A stretch of DNA of 64,000 bases from a candidate division WOR-3 bacterium. GTDB taxonomy: Bacteria; Hydrothermota; 32-111. The notes below the pieces were generated by a model that was not told the DNA's origin, made no database searches, and saw only the letters and a program-made list of their open reading frames with translations. Made by a program: the position numbers and the translations under genes. Shown here one piece after another: positions 13,001 to 19,143 of the stretch. Positions within the stretch are counted from its first letter, which is position 1. Each line of letters opens with the position of its first letter. Location: contig JBDRZU010000001.1 in assembly GCA_039804105.1 (NCBI GenBank), forward strand, positions 896,001 to 960,000, given 5' to 3'.

Positions 13001-13471
13001 GTTTGTTCCTCCATCAGTTGTGTATTCAAGTTTTACATTTGAAAAAACACCTGTCCAATCCCAATGAATCGGATAATTTTCCCCAATAATAAGAATATCA
13101 TTTTGGACTGGTTTTTTAATAAATATCTCAGGTCTTGATATTACAAAAAAAGTATCACTAACATCAAAGTCGTTTGGATCAGATGGATTTGAAATTCTTA
13201 TTTTACATGTAAGGGAAGGATTATTCGGAACTGTCCAGAGGTAATCTCCATCGTTTTGTGTTGCACTGTATATCAAAACCCAATTTGTCCCACCATCGAT
13301 TGAATATTCCAATCTTGCTGATGTCGCGCTACCAGTAATATCCCAATGTATAGGCATCTGATTACCAACTATATAATTTTCATTCCCGTTTGGAGTTCTT
13401 AAATTAAAGGATGCTGAAAAAATTGATATTGAGAACAAAAATAAAAATATAAATAGGAATATTTTTTTCAT
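4064..13471 (-). CDS. giant surface protein: 32 tandem ~93-aa Ig-like (Kre9/KNH-type, Ser/Thr-rich) repeats plus T9SS type-A C-terminal sorting domain
   Basis: Start at MKKIFLF after GGAGG (13471). Repeat pattern PNGGE...I.W....V.IEYS.DGG..W..I....NDG.Y.W.VP. C-terminal IEIFDLTGRSV...KGIYFIKV...KMLNLR. Confidence 0.85.
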   Translation of the reverse strand: MKKIFLFIFLFLFSISIFSASFNLRTPNGNENYIVGNQMPIHWDITGSATSARLEYSIDGGTNWVLIYSATQNDGDYLWTVPNNPSLTCKIRISNPSDPNDFDVSDTFFVISRPEIFIKKPVQNDILIIGENYPIHWDWTGVFSNVKLEYTTDGGTNWTVITSSTPNDGEYIWSVPNFPSTQCKIRITNTTDPNSFAITENTFTIANNSLTLITPNGGEQYITGKYYPIYWLWSGSFTSVKLEYSADSGNIWNSITTSTTNDGSHNWLIPSINPSSKCLLKITNVSNPAVYDISDYPFSILSTSLTLLTPNGGETFVAGTKANISWDWEGSIANVKLEYSSDGGMNWNSITTSTACDGSYLWTVPNISTNNLLIRITNVNDVNCYDISNSQSSIVTAQIDITYPNGGEQLIVGEKYPINWNWSGSFANVKIEYSTNNGSSWSTIDASDPNDGSFVWTVPLTPSSQCLIKISDAANSSVYDISNFSFTIKKPEIKIVKINGNDTLIASNKYPIVWQTEGTISNVNIEYSTNNGTTWNTIVANTPNDGSYVWTVPSTPSSNYRLKITNSSDVTSYDISDTTFVVKSPQINLLSPNGGEEFKTGEKYPVLWNSNSDFASVNIDYSSDGGTTWNSIVLSETNDGSYVWNIPSNLTPSTNYRIRVRNSSDNNSFDISDNTFTISSPSIKIISPDSGVSLLSGEKVSINYTYDASFPNVKIEYSSDNGLTWNVITNSTSNTGTYIWTIPNLNSNDCFIKVLNLSDTLNSYAVSKKFSISKPTITVKSPKSNDSLLVGNVYQIVWINNGEISNVKIEYSTDNGSTWNIIVNSTVNEGSYYWTIPSTISSNVLIKVSDVSDPSNYAVSSQFSIIPAQITLVSPNGGETIIAGEYLPIEWNWIGSFSYVKLEYSTDGGSTWNKIINSDTLNDGSFIWAVPSTAVSSNVLFRVSNNQDPTNTFDVSNGVFSIVSPTISIISPNGGENLVGGEVYPIRWRSQGTFANVMIEYSTDGINWISIDPSDPNDGVFNWTVPSIVSSNVKIRITSTTDGNTHDVSDNNFSIVSPTLTILSPNGGESFVSGDILPIHWKNNGNVSNVKIEYSTNNGNTWNTIISSTTNNGYYRWTIPSLVVSDSIKFRVTSTADSLTKDVSDGLISIKRPAIKILTPNGSENLTVGEYTPIHWENDGQFLNVKIEYSTDGGTVWKTISSSETNDGNYIWKVPNDVSNNCIIRVTNTSDNLSYDISDNTFSILKPSVSIFNPDSAAVLIVGNKYPIYWNWTGTVDSVIIELYYKVSGIVQSTFISTATLNTGSFIFTVPNYVSDSCWIKVTSTANDSVYSLSKVFSIVRPIYDIVQPNGGESFYRGEKLEINWDWIGGPDSVSLFYSLDGGLNYSLIKSIKNTGSYLWSMPTYLFNTYKVKVMSTRDNYAFDESDNNFSAKNPVLVINQPVSGDVIYYNNYFPVYTTQRGFLPNDSLLIQIYSAKKGTINLGTFAVNPNEIFLFKDTFSDTLDTIEVIILNKSTNDTFDISDKITVLPVDTIDTIIFPNQNDTMYVSELYYVIWNMRATDPKDKVKLNYSTDGINFFEYGTKNADTTFFPFYIPKNASSNNFIIRLDFYDSLNVFKKSLSVSNLLVKKPLLDLVYPDNTDTLYVGRTHNIIWRTVKGYVDSFQLYYNTDGITWKEIKNLVSDTFSYSWTIPNEPTSNAVIRVEKYGDNQVTAYSQSFVIKPQEIFITSPLSNDTFVSGRDYHISWYNFGRVDSVNIYYSIDGGSNWTFVAKQGNSNSYKWTVPNYSSNKALVKVEFTRNSNVFDISDTFTIIPQNLLVTYPDSSTIWYAGNKYYITWDYTGNFSNVKITYSLDNGKNWNVITNSTANSQNYLWTLPQIYSDSVIVKVANTDDTTKFDVSSMFRIIPQQITVKYPFLSESLISGKQYNITWVYKGLFDTSIVEYSTNNGVNWNTLGKTLTSNRYYIWTTPNVKSDSTLIRIVNKDNTSILGVSELFTISDKIITISSPKLNDEYIVGEKALITFDFLGSSNDSVIISYSTDGGTIWTQIDTIPSSAQYLEWTVPNVISSNCYIKITCLRLTSSTAISERFSIVPQTINVMSPLSSSEWITGRKYYITWNYTGSFSNVDLEYSTNGGSTWQTIATTTNSKYYLWTLPNISSSNSLVRVKNSSNTSVFGVSPIFTMKYPSITVVSPNLSDTLLCGKYYYITWYSNMGSGDSVVISYSKNGGITYTIIDTISATQKYFKWKVPEIGSTNCLVKITGYESPIIEGYSQQFVIKDQSINITYPNINDTIISLSPFYITWDYTGGLDTLVGEYSLDNGSNWTTFSNSIVASNQNYLFNPFPISNSLQTLIRLKNKANVLVQGVSNQIVALYPEIGITSFKPNSSFIVGSKIFITWKNNGLIDKVNIYYSIDNGTSWNLIVSSYTNSGYYEWTIPNYISDSCFVKVSYTSLESVYDVSERFSIIPQTIFLFSPSFNDSLMVSKTYPITWYNTGTVDNVMLEYSLDGGSIWNTITGSTVNNKYYEWTLSTTLSSTLNGLIRVSNVGNLNVFDLSDNFRIIPQKLEITYPTLNSQFFVSRKYIITWKTVGTISTVNLYYSLDNGANWISLASNLTNNGYYEWTVPDVNSNLVLLRITNSNNEAVYDDSEVFSIVPQLVLVNSPTSTDRWIVGRKYFITWTNIGTISKVRIEYSYNDGANWNMVVDNLSNTNSYEWAIPNTPSENCFVKVSNYDNTSVYGTSSKFSIPLQTIEVLSPKMTDEYVSGNKYFITWKYTGTISNVDIQYSKDNGATWTYVATGVSNTGYYEWIVPTEDSDNCLIKVLNSNNNNVYGISERFTILPQNIIVTSPSSSDTMIAGRKYYITWRNSGAFTNCDIFYSTDLGLQWRSIATGVSNTGYYEWTIPDIAVSDMALIKISNSSQSTIHGISDTFVISKPIVKFTSPVLGNIFETTKKYYFTWTTLGTILQYNLEISYDKGVSWIQIIANQNNSGNYEWTVPSGMYSDSCMLKLTSSSNSSIYYYSDLFSIVSYSNIDNISVLKNKTIKYFNTKLNNSVNEKILFVEIPEDCYSRIEIFDLTGRSVGKVYDGKINSGVHRFELENYLNSKGIYFIKVVSSKDDKTIYEKNVKMLNLR

Positions 13472-13493
13472 CGAGACCTCCTCTCCGAGAATA

Positions 13494-13522
13494 ATTTTAT
13501 CCATCAACTTATTAATAGTCAA
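13494..13522 (-). promoter_or_regulatory. sigma70-type promoter of the giant-protein gene
   Basis: TTGACT-17nt-TAAAAT, followed by GAGGAGG-TCTCG-ATG. Confidence 0.65.
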
Positions 13523-13986
13523 GAGATTTGAACAAATTCAGTTGTGACAGGCTTTGGCCCTTTAATTGATAAAAATATAGCATATTCATCCGAAATATTC
13601 TCAAAATTGTGAACAACACCTTTTGAAGCGTAAGCCATATCTCCTTTTTGTAGTATTTGAAATTTTCCATCAATATAAAATTTAATTTTTCCTTTTAATA
13701 CAAAAAAGAATTCATCATTTTCAGGATGTTTATGCAATGGGGCTTTTGAACCAACAGGCATATTGTATATGAAGGGAGACAAAATTTCCAAACCATCAAA
13801 GAAAGGATTTATTTCGAGTTTATCAGAGTATGAAACCTTTTCACCATAAAACATAAAGATTTTTGCTGAATCCTCTTTTTCGATATTTAAAAATTTTTCT
13901 TTTGGAGATTCACAGTTAGGACATTTTTCTGGAGGATTATCTCCTTTATGGATATACCCACAAACTGAACATTTAAAAATTTTCAT
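13519..13986 (-). CDS. rubredoxin-like + cupin domain fusion protein
   Basis: CSVCGY...CPNC rubredoxin motif; cupin metal motif H-K-H-P-ENDE...H. SD AAGGAG before ATG 13986. Confidence 0.85.
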   Translation of the reverse strand: MKIFKCSVCGYIHKGDNPPEKCPNCESPKEKFLNIEKEDSAKIFMFYGEKVSYSDKLEINPFFDGLEILSPFIYNMPVGSKAPLHKHPENDEFFFVLKGKIKFYIDGKFQILQKGDMAYASKGVVHNFENISDEYAIFLSIKGPKPVTTEFVQIS

Positions 13987-13999
13987 AAAATACTCCTTT

Positions 14000-14374
14000 T
14001 TATAAAAAGAAAGACAAACTACTAATAGGAACAAAATAAGCGAAAAGTGCCCCAAGTACAATACCCGTCAAACACCCTAAACATGCCTCAGGAGGCATAC
14101 CCTCTAACTCGTTCATAAGATCTGATACACCACCTACAACATACAGTATTCCCATTAATCCAAGACCTATACATACTGCTGTAACACACCATGATGGTGG
14201 TTCCGAATTTTGATCAAAACCTGTTATACTTTGATTTAATATAATTCCACTAGATATGAATGCACTTAACACTTTTTGTTTATGTGATATTTTTCTTGTT
14301 TTGAAAACAACACCTCCAAAACAGATGTTGAAAATCAGTATAAATATTAACAAAGTGGAAACTACCTTCTTCAT
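14000..14374 (-). CDS. small membrane protein with Cys/Gly-rich hydrophobic helices
   Basis: GGAG SD before MKKVV; signal peptide; two C-terminal hydrophobic segments. Confidence 0.6.
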   Translation of the reverse strand: MKKVVSTLLIFILIFNICFGGVVFKTRKISHKQKVLSAFISSGIILNQSITGFDQNSEPPSWCVTAVCIGLGLMGILYVVGGVSDLMNELEGMPPEACLGCLTGIVLGALFAYFVPISSLSFFL

Positions 14375-14386
14375 AAAAAACTCCAA

Positions 14387-14620
14387 TCAAATCTGAAAAG
14401 CGTAAACTATCATAGCTCCCACAATAAATCCAGCAAAACAGGAGAGAGTAAAACATTCGATTCCGCCTTCATCCTGCATTTTTGAAAATGCATTCGTATA
14501 GTGTTTGTTAAAATTGTTATTCTGATTGAACAATTCAAATTTTGGTAAAAATTTTGAACAAGAAACAAAACCTGAAAAGAGGATGAAAAATAAAATTGAA
14601 TAAATGAGAAAATTTTTCAT
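14387..14620 (-). CDS. small putative lipoprotein with C-terminal TM helix
   Basis: GGAGG SD, FVSC lipobox-like motif, hydrophobic C-terminus. Confidence 0.6.
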   Translation of the reverse strand: MKNFLIYSILFFILFSGFVSCSKFLPKFELFNQNNNFNKHYTNAFSKMQDEGGIECFTLSCFAGFIVGAMIVYAFQI

Positions 14621-15894
14621 TTTTCCTCCTTTATTTTTTCTTCCAACATTTTAAATACAACATAATTTCCTCTTTCGTTTATATGTGTATTATTTTTTCT
14701 GTACAGTTCTTCCCCATTTTCATAACATATTTTAAAAGTATCAACAAGTGAGAAAAATTTTAAATCATATTTTTTCAGAATTCTCTCGATTTTTCTATCA
14801 GCAAAATCCCATTCTTTGTATTGTTTCGAGGCATATTCCACCAGTTTTTTCTGAAGAACTTTATCCACAGCAAATTGATCTGGAACAATCAAAAAATAAA
14901 CTTTCTTTTTTCTCTGTGCGAAAAATTTTGATATATATTCTATATTCTTTTCAAAAAATCTCCATTCCTTTTCATAAGAATTTTCAATCAAAATTTTTGA
15001 TCTTCGATTTTCAATTTTAATAAAATCTTCTTCGGATAGGTCTCCAGATATATTTTTTAATTGTAAAAATGTTAAAAAATTTTTAATCAGGTTCACACTT
15101 TTTAAGTTATTTATCGAATAGTTGTTTTCAGGATAGTAAACCTCTGTGATATCATTACCAGCGAATATTATTATGAAAGTCATGTCAGGAGATGTTTTAT
15201 CAAAATGATCAACAAGAATCTCATAGTAATCTTTTGGTGAATTACCAGGTTGGGAAAGGTTTACAACTTCAAATCCGAGTGAATCCTCAAACATTTTAAT
15301 GAAATTATTCTTATAATCTACAACTCCAACACCAAAAGAATCTCCAATAAAAAGAACTCTCTTTTTTGTTTTCGGTTTATCAAATTCTGTTCCTAAAAAT
15401 CCGTACCTATTTACTCTTTCATTGTTGAAATAGGTGTTTGGCTTGAGTTTTAAAATTTCATCTTTTTTTTTCAAAATATCTATTGGTTTAAAAAAATAAA
15501 AAAGGTTTAAAACTATTTCAAGTGAAAAAAATAGTACAACAATATTGGTATATACAAGTTTTAGATTTTCTGGTATTTTTAAACTTATAAAATATCTTTT
15601 AAAAAAGTGAATTGTTAAATAAAAAAATCTGTTCAAAGTGATTATGAGGATTTCAGGGAAAAGATGTGTTCTAAAAAATATTGAAGTGAAAAAAAATGAT
15701 ATAGGAAATGAAAATAAAAAAATTTTGAAATTGATTGGAAAAAAAAGAATAGCGATTGAAGAAATGTAAAACCCAATTATGGTATAAATATATGGTAGAA
15801 AATATTTTTTTTCAAAAAAGATTGTAGCAAGAAAGATTGTAACAAGAACATAAATTTTAAAAATTTTTTCAACTTTTATTGTTTTATGTTTCAC
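14617..15894 (-). CDS. membrane-anchored SGNH/GDSL hydrolase (AlgX/AlgJ-like)
   Basis: N-terminal TM helices; motifs FIGDSF, FAGND, NTHINERGN. Confidence 0.8.
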   Translation of the reverse strand: MKHKTIKVEKIFKIYVLVTIFLATIFFEKKYFLPYIYTIIGFYISSIAILFFPINFKIFLFSFPISFFFTSIFFRTHLFPEILIITLNRFFYLTIHFFKRYFISLKIPENLKLVYTNIVVLFFSLEIVLNLFYFFKPIDILKKKDEILKLKPNTYFNNERVNRYGFLGTEFDKPKTKKRVLFIGDSFGVGVVDYKNNFIKMFEDSLGFEVVNLSQPGNSPKDYYEILVDHFDKTSPDMTFIIIFAGNDITEVYYPENNYSINNLKSVNLIKNFLTFLQLKNISGDLSEEDFIKIENRRSKILIENSYEKEWRFFEKNIEYISKFFAQRKKKVYFLIVPDQFAVDKVLQKKLVEYASKQYKEWDFADRKIERILKKYDLKFFSLVDTFKICYENGEELYRKNNTHINERGNYVVFKMLEEKIKEEK

Positions 15895-15924
15895 ATAACA
15901 ATTTTATTAAGAAATAACAAAATG

Positions 15925-17190
15925 TCAATCTACCAATTCGTTTAACCTCTTAACCGCACAAAACTCTCCACACATTGAGCATACATCACTATCCTCAACT
16001 CTGGATCTCTTTCTATAATCTTTAAATTTTTTTTCATCTATAGAAAATTTTGACATTTTTTCCCAATTGAGTTTTTTTCGTGCTTTTGACATTTGAGTAT
16101 TTATCTCAAGAGCATACTTTCTTCCAAGAGCAAGATCAGCAGAAAATGCGGCAATTTTTGACGCAATAACTCCTTCTCTAACATCTTCAACATCGGGAAG
16201 TTTTAAATGTTCTGCGGGAGTGACATAACATAAGAAATCAGCCCCAAAATATGCTGCAAGAGTCCCACCTATTGCACCTGCGATATGATCATATCCTGCT
16301 GAAATATCGTTTACGAGAGGTCCAAGAACATAAAATGGTGCATTATGTGTAACCCTTTTCATTATTTCAATATTTGACTGTATATGTTGTAAATATAGAT
16401 GTCCTGGTCCTTCGACCATAACCTGAACTTTTTTTTCTCTCGCTCTGTCAACAAGTTCTCCCAGGATTAAAAGTTCTTCGATCTGTCCCCTATCTGTGCC
16501 ATCCTCACATGCTCCTGGTCTTAAGCCATCACCAAGAGATATTGTAACATTGTATTCTTTTAATATATCAAGGATTTCATCATAATACTGATAAAGGGGA
16601 GATTCTTTTCTATTATATTTCATCCATGCGATTAAAAATGAACCTCCTCTTGAAACCACATCCATTATCCTTTTCTCTTTAAAAATTCTTTCCATAGAAG
16701 ATAAAGTGACTCCCGAGTGTATCGTCATAAAATCAACACCATCTTTTGCTTGTTCTTCAACAGTTTTCAAAAAATCATCAATATTCATTTCAACTATATC
16801 CTTTTTTTTCAGAGAAAGTTCAAATCCAGTTTCATATATTGGTACAGTTCCAACCATAACAGGACAAAGTTCAAGAATTTTTTTCCTGATGATCTTAATT
16901 TTTTTACCCAACGATAGATCCATCACCGAATGAGCACCATACTCAACAGCAATTTTCATTTTTTTTATTTCTTCATCAACATTTATATGCATAGGAGATG
17001 AACCAATATTTGCATTTATCTTTTTCGATAGACCTTTTCCGATAGCATAATACTTTTTCTTTTTCCTTTTTATATTATCTGGAAGAACTATTGTTCCATT
17101 TTTAATTCCTTCAATTATTATGGATTCATCAACCGCATCATTCTTCGCAGCATCTTTTAAGGCTTCTTTGCGAAAAACCATACTTTTCAT
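15925..17190 (-). CDS. thiC: phosphomethylpyrimidine synthase
   Basis: Motifs KINANIG, SRGGS, EGPGH, YVTPAEHL, CSMCGEFCA. SD AAGGAG before ATG 17190. Confidence 0.97.
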   Translation of the reverse strand: MKSMVFRKEALKDAAKNDAVDESIIIEGIKNGTIVLPDNIKRKKKKYYAIGKGLSKKINANIGSSPMHINVDEEIKKMKIAVEYGAHSVMDLSLGKKIKIIRKKILELCPVMVGTVPIYETGFELSLKKKDIVEMNIDDFLKTVEEQAKDGVDFMTIHSGVTLSSMERIFKEKRIMDVVSRGGSFLIAWMKYNRKESPLYQYYDEILDILKEYNVTISLGDGLRPGACEDGTDRGQIEELLILGELVDRAREKKVQVMVEGPGHLYLQHIQSNIEIMKRVTHNAPFYVLGPLVNDISAGYDHIAGAIGGTLAAYFGADFLCYVTPAEHLKLPDVEDVREGVIASKIAAFSADLALGRKYALEINTQMSKARKKLNWEKMSKFSIDEKKFKDYRKRSRVEDSDVCSMCGEFCAVKRLNELVD

Positions 17191-18202
17191 AATAACTCCT
17201 TTCAAGATCCAACAACTCTTTTATCCTTTTTGAGGGATTATCATTTTCATTTATGTATGAAAGAACAGCAAAATTTTTGAAACCAAGATTCAAAACTTCA
17301 ATAAGATTATGGGGTTTTATCCCACCTATTCCTACAGATGGAACATTAGAAATTTTTAGCATTTTTTTTGCTTTATTTAACCCCAACACCTTGTCCTTTA
17401 TTATTTTTGAATTTGTTGGATAAATTGGCCCGATTCCAACATAGTCAGGATTTTCTTTTATCGCTTGTTTAAGTTGTGATAAATTATGTGTTGATTTCCC
17501 AACGATAATGTACTCAGAAAATTTTCTAATATTATCAACGGTTATATCAGTTTGACCAACATGCACACCATCAGCATCTGAAAGTATTGCAATATCAACT
17601 CTATCATCAACTATGAATAAGGTTTCACTTCCTTTTGTTATACTTCTTATATTTTTTGCAACATTCAAAATTTTTTTATCTGTAAGTTTTTTATCTCTAA
17701 GTTGTATCATTTTGATTTTGTTTTTTACAGCAATTTCACTCAACTTTTCATAACCTACAACAGGATCAGTCATGACCAAATACAAACCGAAATTTTGAGG
17801 AAAAACTTTTTTTAACAAACTTCTCACGATGTCCTTTTCAATCCTGTAAAGGTTGAACCTGATCTCTTTAAACTCTCTTGAAATTTTTAAATCTTTGATT
17901 TTAAAAATCTCTTCAAGAACTCTTGATGACTCCTGACATCTCCCGATAGATGCCCTTATGATATCTCCAAAATCTTTTCTCTCATTTTTATCATAATCAT
18001 AGAACTTCCCAGGATCAGTTTCTGTATCGCGTTTAAAAATAGTGTTAGGAGATATTTTTTTTCTTAAAATGTATAACTTTTCCCTTTGTTTTCTGATTAT
18101 TATCAAAACATTTTCATCCTTTCTTTCAAACCTAACAAAATCCTCTATCACCCTTAAACCTTCAGATAATCTGTTTAAATTAACATCTATTATCCTTTCC
18201 GT
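17138..18202 (-). CDS. thiE: thiamine-phosphate synthase with N-terminal ThiD2-like domain
   Basis: Motifs QLRDK, DDRVDIA, GVHVGQTD, GKSTH, GPIYPTNSK. The conserved N-terminus RIIDVNLNRLSEGLRVIED extends 17 codons upstream of the ORF-track GTG, to an ACG at 18202 behind AGGAGG. Confidence 0.9.
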   Translation of the reverse strand, partial: TERIIDVNLNRLSEGLRVIEDFVRFERKDENVLIIIRKQREKLYILRKKISPNTIFKRDTETDPGKFYDYDKNERKDFGDIIRASIGRCQESSRVLEEIFKIKDLKISREFKEIRFNLYRIEKDIVRSLLKKVFPQNFGLYLVMTDPVVGYEKLSEIAVKNKIKMIQLRDKKLTDKKILNVAKNIRSITKGSETLFIVDDRVDIAILSDADGVHVGQTDITVDNIRKFSEYIIVGKSTHNLSQLKQAIKENPDYVGIGPIYPTNSKIIKDKVLGLNKAKKMLKISNVPSVGIGGIKPHNLIEVLNLGFKNFAVLSYINENDNPSKRIKELLDLERSYYEKYGFSQRSLKRCCEE

Positions 18203-18972
18203 AGTTCCTCCTTTATCAACTTATAAGATTTATAACCAGACAGCAACATCCCACCAAAAATTGGTCCCATTCTGAAACCACCAAATACACCGTTAGCGGC
18301 CATTCCTGATACAAAGAAGTTTTTGTAAACTTCTCTTGTATTTTCAACAGTTTCTCTTTCTCCGAGTTCTGCATTCATAGGTTTTTCACCTTCAATTTTA
18401 CCTGAAGGAGTATTGAGTTTAACATTTGCTTTCTTTACAAGCACTGATGTTAATTCTGCAGGATGTCCGGTTGCATCGATAACTTTTTTTGATATCACAG
18501 TAAGAGGATCAACATGTAAAGACATATATTCAACAGGTGTCCAGTTGATCACTATTCCACAAACAGCATCATCTTTTAAAACAACATCAACAACTTTTAT
18601 AAGGTTAAATATCTTTAAACCAACCCTTGAACTGTTGTATATCAGAGATGATGTTATTTGAACAGAGTCAAGAACAAAATAACCTTCAGATTCCTCTTTT
18701 AATTCAACATTAAACTCTTTTAGTATTTCTACAGCATCTTTTTGAACAACAATACTGTTAAACATCATCCCCCCACCCCACATTCCACCACCTGGGGCGA
18801 GTTTTGATTCAAAGAGTGCAACTTTGAAACCATCCTTTGCAAGATAATACCCTGCGACAAGACCAGAAGGTCCTCCTCCAACGATAGCAACATCAAGATT
18901 CAAACTTTCTTTCAGTTTTTCAAAATAGTTTTTCATAATCAGTTCACTTATCTTTTGATCCTGTAGTATCAT
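18190..18972 (-). CDS. thi4: sulfide-dependent thiazole synthase (non-Cys THI4)
   Basis: Motifs VGGGPSGL, GGGMWGGG, LHVDP, DATGH, RMGPIFGGMLLSG. Confidence 0.95.
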   Translation of the reverse strand: MILQDQKISELIMKNYFEKLKESLNLDVAIVGGGPSGLVAGYYLAKDGFKVALFESKLAPGGGMWGGGMMFNSIVVQKDAVEILKEFNVELKEESEGYFVLDSVQITSSLIYNSSRVGLKIFNLIKVVDVVLKDDAVCGIVINWTPVEYMSLHVDPLTVISKKVIDATGHPAELTSVLVKKANVKLNTPSGKIEGEKPMNAELGERETVENTREVYKNFFVSGMAANGVFGGFRMGPIFGGMLLSGYKSYKLIKEELRKG

Positions 18973-18988
18973 AAAAACCTCCTAAAAT

Positions 18989-19013
18989 AAAAAAATCAGG
19001 TTTTGAACCTGAT
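18989..19013 (-). terminator. riboswitch expression-platform terminator
   Basis: ATCAGG-ttcaaaa-CCTGAT followed by a T run, just upstream of the thi4 SD. Confidence 0.75.
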
Positions 19014-19021
19014 CTTTTTGA

Positions 19022-19108
19022 TTTCCCTACGGCAGCATTACCTGCATCAGGTTCAAAGGGTCAACGGTTACACCGTTTTCTCAGCTGCTAACAGCAGCTC
19101 CCCTAAAA
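19022..19108 (-). ncRNA. TPP riboswitch
   Basis: AGGGGAGC...GCTGAGA...GACCCTTTGAACCTGATGCAGGTAATGCTGCCGTAGGGAA matches the THI-box consensus, upstream of the thi genes. Confidence 0.95.
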
Positions 19109-19143
19109 TAAAATTAAACACTTAAAATTTTAAAAGTCAACAA

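Noticed and set aside
4181..13067. Many short ORFs inside the giant gene (and similar ones inside RND, TBDR, gcv, mrp and ompA)
   Set aside because: Antisense or off-frame shadows of well-supported genes, with no SD or recognisable motifs.
4064..13471. Giant protein as a sialidase/BNR propeller or DGR target
   Set aside because: S.DGG.TW motifs occur once per ~93-aa Ig-like repeat, not in propeller spacing. No reverse transcriptase or template repeat was seen.
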